NCBI GenBank assembly: GCA_026397115.1
Contig: JAPLVM010000044.1
Location: 1-34,175 of the forward strand
Direction: 5' to 3'
From: Patescibacteria group bacterium
GTDB lineage: Bacteria > Patescibacteriota > Gracilibacteria > JAPLVM01
DNA length: 34,175 nucleotides
In this document: positions 15,197-24,173 of the stretch, piece by piece
How positions within the stretch are numbered: position 1 is the first letter of the stretch
How the letters are laid out: each line of letters opens with the position of its first letter
Notes under the pieces: generated by a model
The model's input: only the letters and a program-made list of their open reading frames with translations
What the model was told of the DNA's origin: nothing
Databases searched by the model: none
Made by a program: the position numbers and the translations under genes

Positions 15197-15583
15197 TATG
15201 ATGCTTCGAAACCATCAAATCAATCGCCTCAAATGTTATATCATCGATAATCTTTTACAGATAACCAATTCTAAAGTCTTAAGCGTGAAAGAGTATAAGT
15301 AACGCCAAACTGGCTTTTTTAAAATAAATTTCGTAAAATAACCTTGTTCAACTCTTAAGGCGCGCAAAAAACTTATATCCTGAAATACTCTAAGCTTCTG
15401 TCATTCTGAACCGGTCTTCCCAGGTGAAGAATCTACATAAATTCATCACTCGGACTATCGAGCGTAGCGAAAAACACCCTATATAACTACTTGCCATAGA
15501 CTCTTCCCCAGATAAATCAAGGTCAGAGTGACAAAATTTTCTTGTATATACAAAATACTTTCAGCCACCAGCTAACCGCTAAA

Positions 15584-16423
15584 ATGATAAATTATAACGC
15601 TATCATTTCAATCATATTCCCAAATTATCAAACAGCATCAATCAGCGCGCTGATTTTATTGATCTTGGCAATCATCATAATAATCGCAATTATTAAGCGC
15701 CGCTCATGCCGTCGCCAAGAAATCCTCCGCGACAAGGAAAAAGCATTATCCGAAGCGCGTTTACACTCAATCGAAAATGCAACAAATAGCGCAACAACCG
15801 ATGCCATAATCGAACACGCCGAATCAAGCCAGAATCAGCAAAGTACAAAAAAACGTGTTCGTAACGCTGAAATTAATCGCATATTACGCCGCGTTGAAAT
15901 TTTAATGGCTCGCGATAATTTTGACGAAGCTGAACGCCTTTTAATTGAAATCGTCGCTGACGATGAAAATAACAAAAAAGCATACGGTTTTTTGGCTGAA
16001 ATCCATCTGCGTAGACAACTCCCCGCAAAGGCAAAACTACTTGCAGAAAAAGCACTTGAGCTGGATCAAAACAATGCTATGGCTCATCATGTTCTCGGTC
16101 AAATTTATTTTGCCGAGGGAAATATGGACCTAGCGCTACAAGCCTATAAGCAGCTGGCTGAAATTGATCCTAAGCGCGCAACGAATCATTTCATTCTAGC
16201 GCGTCTTCTAAACGAAACTGGCGATCATGACGCAGCCAAAATTAGCCTGGAAAAAGCCTTGTCGCTTTCACCGCGTAACCGCGAGATAATATTGGCAATG
16301 GCAGATCATTTACATTCGTATGCTCCAAGCCTTGAATATATACAATTTTTGCAAAAAGTCGCAGCCTTTATGCCTTATGATGAAGAAATAAGACAAAGAT
16401 TAGACGCTGTTGGCGGCACATAA
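15584..16423 (+). CDS. TPR-repeat protein with an N-terminal TM anchor
   Basis: TM segment ISALILLILAIIIIIAII followed by TPR-like repeats (A..LAEKALELDQNNAMAHHVLGQIYFAEGNMDLALQAYKQLAEIDP...). The ORF track starts at TTG 15542; the first ATG is at 15584. Confidence 0.7.
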   Translation: MINYNAIISIIFPNYQTASISALILLILAIIIIIAIIKRRSCRRQEILRDKEKALSEARLHSIENATNSATTDAIIEHAESSQNQQSTKKRVRNAEINRILRRVEILMARDNFDEAERLLIEIVADDENNKKAYGFLAEIHLRRQLPAKAKLLAEKALELDQNNAMAHHVLGQIYFAEGNMDLALQAYKQLAEIDPKRATNHFILARLLNETGDHDAAKISLEKALSLSPRNREIILAMADHLHSYAPSLEYIQFLQKVAAFMPYDEEIRQRLDAVGGT

Positions 16424-16488
16424 TCTAACAGCCGCTTGTTTAACCCAACCCTTTACCTTACAATATTCGCACTTATTCACTCACAAAA

Positions 16489-16944
16489 ATGGCAAAAATC
16501 TCACCGAAAAAAGAACTCCAAAAAATCATTGACCTGATGCAGGTCGATCTAGACCACATAGAAGAAGACGCTGAAGACAACACTGTCAACCTTGATATTA
16601 TTACGCCTGCCCATGCTCAATTCTACGGCCAACGCGGCCGTACATTTGATGCTCTCCAGCATTTATTAAGAGTAATTCTTTGGAAAAAAGGCCTCTCTGA
16701 ATATATAAATCTTGATTTAAATAGTGCCAAAAAAACGCAATATGACAAAGTACGGGAGCAAGCACGACAAGCAGCTGAAAAAATTACGAATGACAAGGAT
16801 CACGGCGATCTGCCACATATGAATCCTACTTTTAGACGCATTGCACACTTAACTATAAAAAATGAATTTCCAGATCTGCAAACAGAGTCAATCGAAGAGC
16901 ATGGCTGGAAATTTGTACGCATATCCAAAAAAGATAAATCCTAA
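16489..16944 (+). CDS. jag: Jag/KhpB-like RNA-binding protein (KH plus R3H domains)
   Basis: C-terminal R3H-like motif MNPTFRRIAHLTIKNEFPDLQTESIEEHGWKFVRI. The size and position fit short Jag homologues. Confidence 0.6.
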   Translation: MAKISPKKELQKIIDLMQVDLDHIEEDAEDNTVNLDIITPAHAQFYGQRGRTFDALQHLLRVILWKKGLSEYINLDLNSAKKTQYDKVREQARQAAEKITNDKDHGDLPHMNPTFRRIAHLTIKNEFPDLQTESIEEHGWKFVRISKKDKS

Positions 16945-16959
16945 TTTTCCGATATAATC

Positions 16960-18792
16960 GTGCCAACACCAAACTCGCCACAAATACCCAAATTTTCCTG
17001 GAAAATATTTTTAATTACCCTAGTTATTTTACTTGCGGTTTTTGGTGCTTATTCATACTCACAAATAGAAGAAGTTGACAAAAATGTGCAAGAAACCTCT
17101 CTGTCAGAAGTTATAACAAAGTCCAAAAATGGTGATGTGACTAAAATAGATGCCTATGATCAAGATTTGGTCGCTACGCTAAAAGATCAAACCAAAATTC
17201 GCTCTCGCCGCGAATCATTTTCAAATCTAGTTGACCTTGGCATTGACCCAAGCAAGACTGAAATCGTCATCCATGACACCTCAAAAGGACAGCTATTTTT
17301 CTCGCTCGCCGGGAATATATTGCCATTTATCTTAATTTTCGGCTTACTATGGCTATTCATGCGCAAGATGGGCGGTGGCGGAATCCTTGGCGGGCTAACA
17401 GGCGGCATGAAAGAAGACGGCGAAAACGCACAAAAATCTCAAATCAATTTTAAAGATGTAGCTGGCGTAGAAGAACCAAAACAAGAACTGATCGAAGTTG
17501 TTGACTTCCTGAAAAGTCCTCGCAAATACCAGCTCATGGGAGCAAAAATTCCCCGTGGCGTTTTACTCGTCGGCCCACCAGGAACAGGAAAAACACTTTT
17601 AGCCAAAGCTGTTGCTGGTGAAGCTGGAGTGCCATTCTTTCATATTTCCGGCTCTGAATTCGAAGAAATGTTTGTCGGTGTCGGCGCTTCTCGCGCACGC
17701 ACTTTATTTGCCAAAGCCAAACAAACCGCTCCTTCAATCATTTTTATTGATGAATTGGACGCCATTGGCAAATCTAGAGCACAAACCCCAGTCGGACATT
17801 CAGCCTCTGACCAAACCTTAAACCAAATCTTGGTGGAAATGGACGGCTTCGGACCAAGAGAAAATGTAATTGTATTGGCTGCAACAAATCGTCCGGATAT
17901 TCTAGATCCAGCGCTACTTCGCCCAGGCCGTTTTGATCGGCGCATAGTTTTAGACATGCCGACACTGTCTGAACGCCATGAAATCCTCCGCGTACACGGC
18001 CGTGGCAAAAAACTAAATCCAAAACTTAACCTCAAAAGAATCGCCGACATGACAGCCGGGTTTTCCGGCGCTGACCTGGCAAACCTGCTAAACGAAGCTG
18101 CCATAGCAACAGTTAAAAATAAAAAACCATTTATTTCCGAACGAGAAATAGACATGGCACTAGAAAAAATCGTGCTTGGCCTAGAAAACAAGTCATGCGT
18201 TCTCAGCGAAGAAGAAAAGAAAATCACAGCTTATCACGAAGCTGGACACGCCCTAGTCGCTTTTCAAATGCCAGCTGGTAAAAAAATTCGCAAGATTTCC
18301 ATCATGTCTCGTGGCCACAGCCTAGGCTCCACATGGACAGTATCTGAAGAAGACCGCCATCTACATTCCATCGATGACTTTGAATCTGAATTAGCGCATT
18401 TACTTGGCGGACGCGCCGCAGAAGAGCAAGCCTTTAAAAAAATCACAACCGGTGCTACGAACGATCTGGAACGAGCTACAAAGATCGCGCGAGCCATGGT
18501 CGCTGAATATGGCATGTCCTCACTCGGCATCACCTCATATTCAGATCAAGAGGTAAATCCATATCTACGCGGATTATCAAGTGCTCGGCCATTTTCAGAA
18601 GAAACAGCCGCCAAAATAGATAAAGAAGTCACAAAAATTATCAATCACGCTTATAACATAGCAAGCAAAGTCCTTCGTAAAGAAAAGAAAAAATTGGATA
18701 GTCTGGCAAAAGAATTATTGCAGAAAGAAATGCTGACCGAAGAAGATATTCAGAGGATTTTAGGACAAGGACGTAAGGCCATAAAAATGTAG
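16960..18792 (+). CDS. ftsH: ATP-dependent zinc metalloprotease FtsH
   Basis: Two N-terminal TM helices, Walker [24 protein letters not shown], Walker [33 protein letters not shown] and zinc site HEAGHAL. GTG start. Confidence 0.95.
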   Translation: MPTPNSPQIPKFSWKIFLITLVILLAVFGAYSYSQIEEVDKNVQETSLSEVITKSKNGDVTKIDAYDQDLVATLKDQTKIRSRRESFSNLVDLGIDPSKTEIVIHDTSKGQLFFSLAGNILPFILIFGLLWLFMRKMGGGGILGGLTGGMKEDGENAQKSQINFKDVAGVEEPKQELIEVVDFLKSPRKYQLMGAKIPRGVLLVGPPGTGKTLLAKAVAGEAGVPFFHISGSEFEEMFVGVGASRARTLFAKAKQTAPSIIFIDELDAIGKSRAQTPVGHSASDQTLNQILVEMDGFGPRENVIVLAATNRPDILDPALLRPGRFDRRIVLDMPTLSERHEILRVHGRGKKLNPKLNLKRIADMTAGFSGADLANLLNEAAIATVKNKKPFISEREIDMALEKIVLGLENKSCVLSEEEKKITAYHEAGHALVAFQMPAGKKIRKISIMSRGHSLGSTWTVSEEDRHLHSIDDFESELAHLLGGRAAEEQAFKKITTGATNDLERATKIARAMVAEYGMSSLGITSYSDQEVNPYLRGLSSARPFSEETAAKIDKEVTKIINHAYNIASKVLRKEKKKLDSLAKELLQKEMLTEEDIQRILGQGRKAIKM

Positions 18793-18800
18793 GGGTTAAA

Positions 18801-18832
18801 AAATTTAGTAGGGGGCTAAAAACTTTTAGCCC
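18801..18832 (+). repeat. AAATTTAGTAG followed by hairpin GGGCTAAAA-AC-TTTTAGCCC, nested in an outer GGGGTT/AACCCC pairing (18792..18844)
   Basis: It has the same AATTTAGTAG leader as the elements at 760..769 and 2594..2603 but a different palindrome. It lies immediately after the ftsH stop and may also act as its terminator. Confidence 0.55.
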
Positions 18833-18898
18833 ATCCAAACCCCCGCCAATATCTTTTTACCGCCTTGCCGACATCCAGCAACAAACATCCAGCAGCCA

Positions 18899-18985
18899 GC
18901 CCAGATGGTGGAATTGGTAGACACGCACGCTTCAGGGGCGTGTGGGAGTAATCTCATGGAGGTTCGAGTCCTCTTCTGGGCACCA
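18899..18985 (+). tRNA. tRNA-Leu (anticodon CAG), CCA encoded
   Basis: Acceptor stem is GCCCAGA/TCTGGGC and the D-loop is GGAATTGGTAGAC. The anticodon stem-loop is CACGC-TTCAGGG-GCGTG. It has a long variable arm and a T-arm GGAGGTTCGAGTCCTC. Confidence 0.93.
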
Positions 18986-19028
18986 GAAAAGAAGAATAAG
19001 AATGGAGCGTTTTCAATATACTTGAAAG

Positions 19029-19060
19029 CGTCGGCTCGAGGATAACACCTCAAGCCGACG
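19029..19060. terminator. Bidirectional hairpin between tRNA-Leu and the convergent gene 19072..19560
   Basis: CGTCGGCTCGAGG-ATAACA-CCTCAAGCCGACG, a 13-bp stem with one mismatch. Confidence 0.5.
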
Positions 19061-19071
19061 TCAATGGTCAC

Positions 19072-19560
19072 CTAAGACGGTCTCAATAATGTCGAGAGGT
19101 CTAGATAGGTAATGTCTACCATCATTTTTTGTTTTTCCTCATATAATTGTTGCCATACTTGCGTTATTTGTCGCTCCCTGCCCTCAGCGGTTATAGCTCC
19201 GGCGCCAAAGGCGGAAATAATTTTCTCCCGCTTTTCACGCGCATTATCTTTAGCCTGCCCTATTTTTACAGACACATCGAAAAACACTTCAGGAATATTA
19301 ACATCAACCCAGTTCTCACTACTATCTTCATTCAAAACCACTTTTTGGCCTGAAGCATTATTGATAGACAGTACTTTGAGACATCGACCGTTATCAATAT
19401 TGAAATGGTAGTCGATCCTAAGCGTAGCTTTGATCTCAAGGTTCTGCATTGTAACTGGCACATTAAAACAAAATGTCAGTACATCATTCTCGAAATGAAC
19501 TTCGTCTGCTATAGTGTAATCGCTGAGCTCCAAGGTTAATAACGATTGTTTTTGACCCAT
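19072..19560 (-). CDS. Hypothetical cytoplasmic protein (162 aa)
   Basis: ORF preceded by a strong SD (AGGAGG, 6-nt spacer). No recognisable motif. Confidence 0.6.
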   Translation of the reverse strand: MGQKQSLLTLELSDYTIADEVHFENDVLTFCFNVPVTMQNLEIKATLRIDYHFNIDNGRCLKVLSINNASGQKVVLNEDSSENWVDVNIPEVFFDVSVKIGQAKDNAREKREKIISAFGAGAITAEGRERQITQVWQQLYEEKQKMMVDITYLDLSTLLRPS

Positions 19561-19680
19561 TTTGGTCCTCCTAATATTGTTAATTTACTATTTATTTTCG
19601 CGGCATAAGAACGGAATTTTAGTCCTAAATTCCAAAACCCGTCAACAATAAAATTGTTTATAATTTTCTGATCAGTCCTC

Positions 19681-21753
19681 TCACTCCACCTCCACCCTCA
19701 CACTCTCACTCCCAGCCACCCCTCGCGCTTCAATTTCCAAACTGCCACTTTCCTCAGGTCTCCAAGAAATATCAGCCCCGCTACCAACGGAAATCCCATC
19801 AGCAAACCACTCCACTTCTGAACTTGCTTTCAAAAAAATCTGCGTGTCATCATCCAGTAAAAACACATCACCATCATGCGGAGATAAAATTAAACTCTGA
19901 TTTTCCTCCAATAGAACATTTTTAGCCTCAGTAAAATCATCGCCGCTCAAACCAAACTCAATCTGTCCATTGTCATTATATTCCTCAAGCAAATCAAACT
20001 GCCACAATGTGTTTTTATTATACTTGGAATTCAAAAGCAAATTTACAACCTCATGCAGGATTGCTCCTGCTCCAGACTGCCCAGAAACCCCACTCATTGC
20101 CTCATTACGCGCATTACCAATCCACACACCAACCAAAAAATCCGGTGTATAACCAATTGCCCAGCTGTCATGAAATTCGCGCGAAGTACCGGTTTTTATG
20201 GCTACTGCTTTTGGAAAATTTAGATCGCTTCTTAGTCCAAATTGATCACTAGCAGTAACCCGATCAAGTAAGATTTTATTGATAAGTTGCGCTTGAGATT
20301 TATCAAACACTTTTTTATCTAAGCCAAAAATTTCTTGACCTTCAGAAATTTTCAATGGATAAAGATGTCCTTGATTTGGAAAAATCGTGAAATAATAAGT
20401 CAAATGCAATAAATCCATTTCCAGCTGTCCAAGCGCAATTCCAAACTGATAATCTGTAAGTTTTTGGCTTGGCTTAAATTCCAAAACATCAGTCAAAAAG
20501 CCATAAAACTTATCAAGGCCAACAAATTCCAAAACCTTCACCGTTGGCACGTTCAAGCTATTTGACAGAGCATAATGCAAATTTACCAAACCATGATATT
20601 TGTAATCATAATTTTTTGGATAAAACGAAAACCCATGTCCAGTCTCATAACGATACTCTTTATCTTCAATCAAAGTATATGGCCGCAAACCCGATTCAAA
20701 CCCATTCGCATAAATAAATGGCTTCACAGTTGATCCAATAGCTCGCGGCTGTCTCGTCATATCAATCTGATAACCATTGAAATCTGCGGACGGATCAGGC
20801 GTCCCCAAAGAAGCCAAAAGCTCATTTTCCGGTAATTTAATAACTACAACCGCGCCATTTTCCGCTTTTTCCCCAAGCCTCGCCCAAATATTTCTTTGCA
20901 TTATTTCCCGTATTTTTACAGTCAAATCTTCATCAACAGTCAGCTTGCAAGTCGCCGGGCAATCTAAACCCAAAGATTGCATTTCAAAATAGCTATCTTT
21001 TGAGACTACCTGATTAAAAGTCTCTTTTTGGAATAAGATTTCCTTTTCAGTAAGTTCGACCTGACTTCTGGACGAAATTTCCAGTCTATCAGACAGGTTT
21101 TTTACAACATTAGAATTATTTTTCAAAAAAGGATTAGTTCTCGATGGACTAGAAATAGTAGCCAAAAGCTGCAATATTTGAGCCTTATTCAGCATTTCCA
21201 AAGTCACTCCGAAGTAAAACTGACTGGCTAAGTTCAATCCAGATATTTTGTTCCCAAAATAAATCGAATTCAAATACATCTGTAAAATTTCTTCTTTAGA
21301 CAAATTCATTTCCAAAGCAATCGCGTATAAAGTCTCCTGTAATTTATTTTCCCAAGAACGGTTTTGCTCATGGCCAAGGAGTATTTTAGTCAACTGCTGA
21401 GTAATCGTGCTCGAGGCTATGCGGGAATTTCCTATAAACATTCTGAAAATGGCTCGGCCAACACTCACTGGGTTTACTCCAAAATGCATATAAAAATATT
21501 TATCCTCCTTTTCCAAAAGCAGCTCAGCAAAATCAGCGGGCACAGTATCTAGCTTTTGGCTTAAATAACCAGTTTTGTTTGGTTCAATGCGAATAATCTC
21601 GCCATTGCGATCATAAAAAATACGCGAAAACTGTGCCTCATAGATTCTCACTAAATCATGAGAAACATCAGCACTCATGAAAAAGCTTGTACCAACAAAT
21701 GCTAGAGCCAAAACCGCTATCAATATTAAAATAATCTTTTTTTTCATGCGCAT
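19681..21753 (-). CDS. Class A penicillin-binding protein (GT51 transglycosylase plus transpeptidase)
   Basis: GT51 motifs EDKYFYMHFG, SSTITQQL and YLNSIYFG. Transpeptidase motifs STVK, SNS and KTGTS. N-terminal TM anchor. Confidence 0.9.
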   Translation of the reverse strand: MRMKKKIILILIAVLALAFVGTSFFMSADVSHDLVRIYEAQFSRIFYDRNGEIIRIEPNKTGYLSQKLDTVPADFAELLLEKEDKYFYMHFGVNPVSVGRAIFRMFIGNSRIASSTITQQLTKILLGHEQNRSWENKLQETLYAIALEMNLSKEEILQMYLNSIYFGNKISGLNLASQFYFGVTLEMLNKAQILQLLATISSPSRTNPFLKNNSNVVKNLSDRLEISSRSQVELTEKEILFQKETFNQVVSKDSYFEMQSLGLDCPATCKLTVDEDLTVKIREIMQRNIWARLGEKAENGAVVVIKLPENELLASLGTPDPSADFNGYQIDMTRQPRAIGSTVKPFIYANGFESGLRPYTLIEDKEYRYETGHGFSFYPKNYDYKYHGLVNLHYALSNSLNVPTVKVLEFVGLDKFYGFLTDVLEFKPSQKLTDYQFGIALGQLEMDLLHLTYYFTIFPNQGHLYPLKISEGQEIFGLDKKVFDKSQAQLINKILLDRVTASDQFGLRSDLNFPKAVAIKTGTSREFHDSWAIGYTPDFLVGVWIGNARNEAMSGVSGQSGAGAILHEVVNLLLNSKYNKNTLWQFDLLEEYNDNGQIEFGLSGDDFTEAKNVLLEENQSLILSPHDGDVFLLDDDTQIFLKASSEVEWFADGISVGSGADISWRPEESGSLEIEARGVAGSESVRVEVE

Positions 21754-21824
21754 ATTTTACATCAAGTATTGAAACATCACCTCCATCAACATATAATCAT
21801 TATGTAAATTTTTAACCTAAAAAC

Positions 21825-22556
21825 ATGACTAAAAATCCGCTCATCGCGATTCTCACTTTTGCTCTGATAGTAGCCCTCGCCGGTTGCACAGCAACCAAAC
21901 CAACATCTGAAAATAACGACTCCTCAAAAACAACTGACCCAGCTTCTTCCTTTGAAACCCAGCCAGAAAAAGATATTACAGCCAGCCAAGAAGACCCAGC
22001 CCTACAAACAATCAAACACTACTACGAACTTCTCGGAGCAAAGAATTTGATGGCAGCCTATGAAATAACTCAAAAAGAAGTACCTTTTGATACGTTTAAT
22101 TTTTGGTATCAAGACCTTTCAGCTGTGAGTCTAAAAGACATTCAGAAAAAGGCCGATGGGACTTATTCATTCATATCTGAGCTCACAGAAGGAAGGATTC
22201 GTACTGAATATCAAGTGGAAATGACCGCTGACAACGAAAAAATTCTTGATTCCAAAAGTAGTAAGACAAAAACGATTAACATGGACACCTGGCCATCATA
22301 TAAAAGCGACGAATATGGATTTGAGCTCAAATATCCATTTGGCTGGCGCTATTCCTGGGACACGCCAAAAGGCGTAGGCAAAGGAATCACTGTTACTTTT
22401 TGGCCATTTGATAATGCTATTTACAACGAGAAAAACCCTGCCATCTTCTTCACTTTCTCACTAAATGGCGGAGATGAATGGAGCGTCGCTGCCAAAGATG
22501 ACGCGAGTATTCTTCAGGCTCTAAATGATATGAAGGGCCTGGCGGTTTACTTCTAA
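21825..22556 (+). CDS. Lipoprotein, unknown function (243 aa)
   Basis: Signal peptide with lipobox LAGC. Confidence 0.65.
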   Translation: MTKNPLIAILTFALIVALAGCTATKPTSENNDSSKTTDPASSFETQPEKDITASQEDPALQTIKHYYELLGAKNLMAAYEITQKEVPFDTFNFWYQDLSAVSLKDIQKKADGTYSFISELTEGRIRTEYQVEMTADNEKILDSKSSKTKTINMDTWPSYKSDEYGFELKYPFGWRYSWDTPKGVGKGITVTFWPFDNAIYNEKNPAIFFTFSLNGGDEWSVAAKDDASILQALNDMKGLAVYF

Positions 22557-22667
22557 TAAAATTGCCAATCAAAACAGAGCTTCGATAAACTTGGAAGTAT
22601 GATCATAAAAATTCGGGATAAAATTTATTCAGCCCTCTAAGAAATTACAAAAAATGCTTGCTTTAAA

Positions 22668-22710
22668 GTGTCCGGTCAAGCAATAGCTAATGCTACACCT
22701 GACCGGACAC
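22668..22710. terminator. Bidirectional hairpin GTGTCCGGTCA..(21 nt)..TGACCGGACAC between convergent genes
   Basis: Perfect 11-bp stem, followed by TTATTTT on the plus strand. Confidence 0.55.
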
Positions 22711-22721
22711 TTATTTTGGTT

Positions 22722-22922
22722 CTAAGAATGTTTCGCCAGAAAATCTGTTGCTTTATCGAATGTTTTTTTACAGGCAAGACACCCATTCAAATGCCCTAAC
22801 GCGGCGTCCCAAGCTTCATTCGTAAAGCTAGAACTGTTGCCATCCACCAACGCGGCCATTGCGCACTCCCCAAGATGGCCATTCTCGAAAAGTTCACCAA
22901 CCTCAATAAGGTGATCACACAT
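22722..22922 (-). CDS. Small HxxxCxxC (ZAS / zf-HC2-like) protein, 66 aa
   Basis: LVDGNSSSFTNEAWDAALGHLNGCLACKKTF matches the anti-sigma zinc-finger pattern (..LDGEL....R..VE.HL..C..C..). I prefer the ATG at 22922 because it has GGAGGTG 6 nt upstream and overlaps the upstream stop in ATGTGTGA. The ORF-track start at 22994 would overlap the upstream gene by 80 nt. Confidence 0.6.
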   Translation of the reverse strand: MCDHLIEVGELFENGHLGECAMAALVDGNSSSFTNEAWDAALGHLNGCLACKKTFDKATDFLAKHS

Positions 22923-23313
22923 TTTGGGCACCTCCATGAGGGCTAATCTCGTCGAGGATATCGCGAAATGTTCCATAGCAATGTGGGCAACCATTCATGT
23001 GATTTTTCAGCCGCAGTAAATCACCGATATCCACCAACATCCATAACCCATTATCGAGAAGCATTCCGTCGCCAATAATACGCATTACTTCGCACAACTG
23101 TCGCGCGCCATCGGCAGACAGACATCCTCCACCTTCGAGGAATAACAATCGCGTTTTTTTGGCTGGTACGAAATCATCGCTTAAGCCACCATTGCCGATT
23201 GAAGACCTGAAAACATGAGCGAAATGTTGCAGATAGACGCAGCTTTCATGCGCCAGACTATTGTCGAGCAGATTAAAAGATATTACATCAATAACCCATT
23301 CCAACTTACTCAT
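22915..23313 (-). CDS. HxxxCxxC-containing protein, 132 aa, unknown function
   Basis: C-terminal LKNHMNGCPHCYGTFRDILDE parallels the motif of the downstream 66-aa protein. Strong SD GAGGAGG upstream. Confidence 0.65.
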   Translation of the reverse strand: MSKLEWVIDVISFNLLDNSLAHESCVYLQHFAHVFRSSIGNGGLSDDFVPAKKTRLLFLEGGGCLSADGARQLCEVMRIIGDGMLLDNGLWMLVDIGDLLRLKNHMNGCPHCYGTFRDILDEISPHGGAQNV

Positions 23314-23435
23314 TATAAATTCCTCCTCTTCTTTAACTGAGTATTTTAATTCAATTTATATTTAGCTTTTTGTAGTTCCAAATTTAACCAAATTCCCTCA
23401 CCCCTGTCAACCCAAAAATTTACAATAACAAAAAT

Positions 23436-23464
23436 TTGACAAATAATCACCTATCACATATACT
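23436..23464 (+). promoter_or_regulatory. Sigma70-like promoter TTGACA-17 nt-TATACT
   Basis: -35 at 23436..23441 and -10 at 23459..23464, 37 nt upstream of the 23501 start. Confidence 0.5.
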
Positions 23465-23500
23465 ACCCCCCCAATTTTTTAAAATCTTTATATATTCAAC

Positions 23501-24010
23501 ATGAAAACTGTCTCCCAGACAGCAATTATCGCTGTCATTGCCGCAACTCTTTTAATTACATCAATCCCTGCACAAGCACAACAACTGCAAATTGATAACA
23601 TCAATATAACCAAACAAGAAGTCTATATCCCCTTATCAACACTTTGCCCAAATATTTGGGACGGCTATATCGGCGCAGACAACACTCGCTATTGCCTGGC
23701 ATATTGCTATCTTGATCACCGCACTCACGACTGCACATTTACTGTCAACGGATGCCCAGATTCACCAAACAGCTACCTCGGTGATGACAACCGTTGCTAC
23801 TGCAAAGACGGACTCAACTGGAACGATACTGAAACCTCTTGTGTAAGTCCCAAACCTGCCTGTGGCAATAATGCTTTTCTAAATGGAAACGGCAGATGCC
23901 AATGCAATTATGGATATAAATGGATGATGAACGGCGAAGACTGCACTAAAGCCACAAATCCAATTAAGAAGAAAAACCGCCAACCACACGAATTCTTTCC
24001 TTGGTACTGA
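23501..24010 (+). CDS. Secreted Cys-rich protein (169 aa)
   Basis: Signal peptide ..SIPAQA-QQ. Repeated R(C/Y)xC..G..W..(D/N)...C motifs: RYCLAYCYLDHRTHDC, RCYCKDGLNWNDTETSC, RCQCNYGYKWMMNGEDC. Confidence 0.7.
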   Translation: MKTVSQTAIIAVIAATLLITSIPAQAQQLQIDNINITKQEVYIPLSTLCPNIWDGYIGADNTRYCLAYCYLDHRTHDCTFTVNGCPDSPNSYLGDDNRCYCKDGLNWNDTETSCVSPKPACGNNAFLNGNGRCQCNYGYKWMMNGEDCTKATNPIKKKNRQPHEFFPWY

Positions 24011-24065
24011 TAGGACAACTGGTTGCAACCAGTTGTTGACTATAATTACTTTGATGTAAACGACT

Positions 24066-24092
24066 AGAGACGCCCATTCGGGCGTCTCTTTT
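24066..24092 (+). terminator. Intrinsic terminator AGAGACGCCC-ATTC-GGGCGTCTCT followed by TTT
   Basis: Perfect 10-bp stem followed by a T-run. It shares the TAGAGACGC arm with the elements at 742..823 and 2576..2650. Confidence 0.7.
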
Positions 24093-24173
24093 GTAAATTG
24101 TTATAAGCCTCGAAAAATCCGTATACGACTTTCATCGCCTTATGATAGAATATCCTTTGCATTACTCTATAAA

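Noticed and set aside
17640-18227. 195-aa antisense ORF inside ftsH, and similar antisense or out-of-frame ORFs (e.g. 27006..27464, 26735..27034, 12823..13149, 3967..4341, 1649..1936)
   Set aside because: All are embedded in well-supported genes on the opposite strand or in another frame. They have low-complexity or Ser/Arg-rich composition and no start context.
18826-19071. 81-aa minus-strand ORF
   Set aside because: It overlaps tRNA-Leu (18899..18985) and the bidirectional hairpin. It has no SD and no coding signal.
22923-22994. Longer 90-aa form of the second HxxxCxxC protein
   Set aside because: It would overlap the upstream gene by 80 nt. The internal ATG at 22922 has a perfect SD and the classic ATGTGTGA stop/start overlap.
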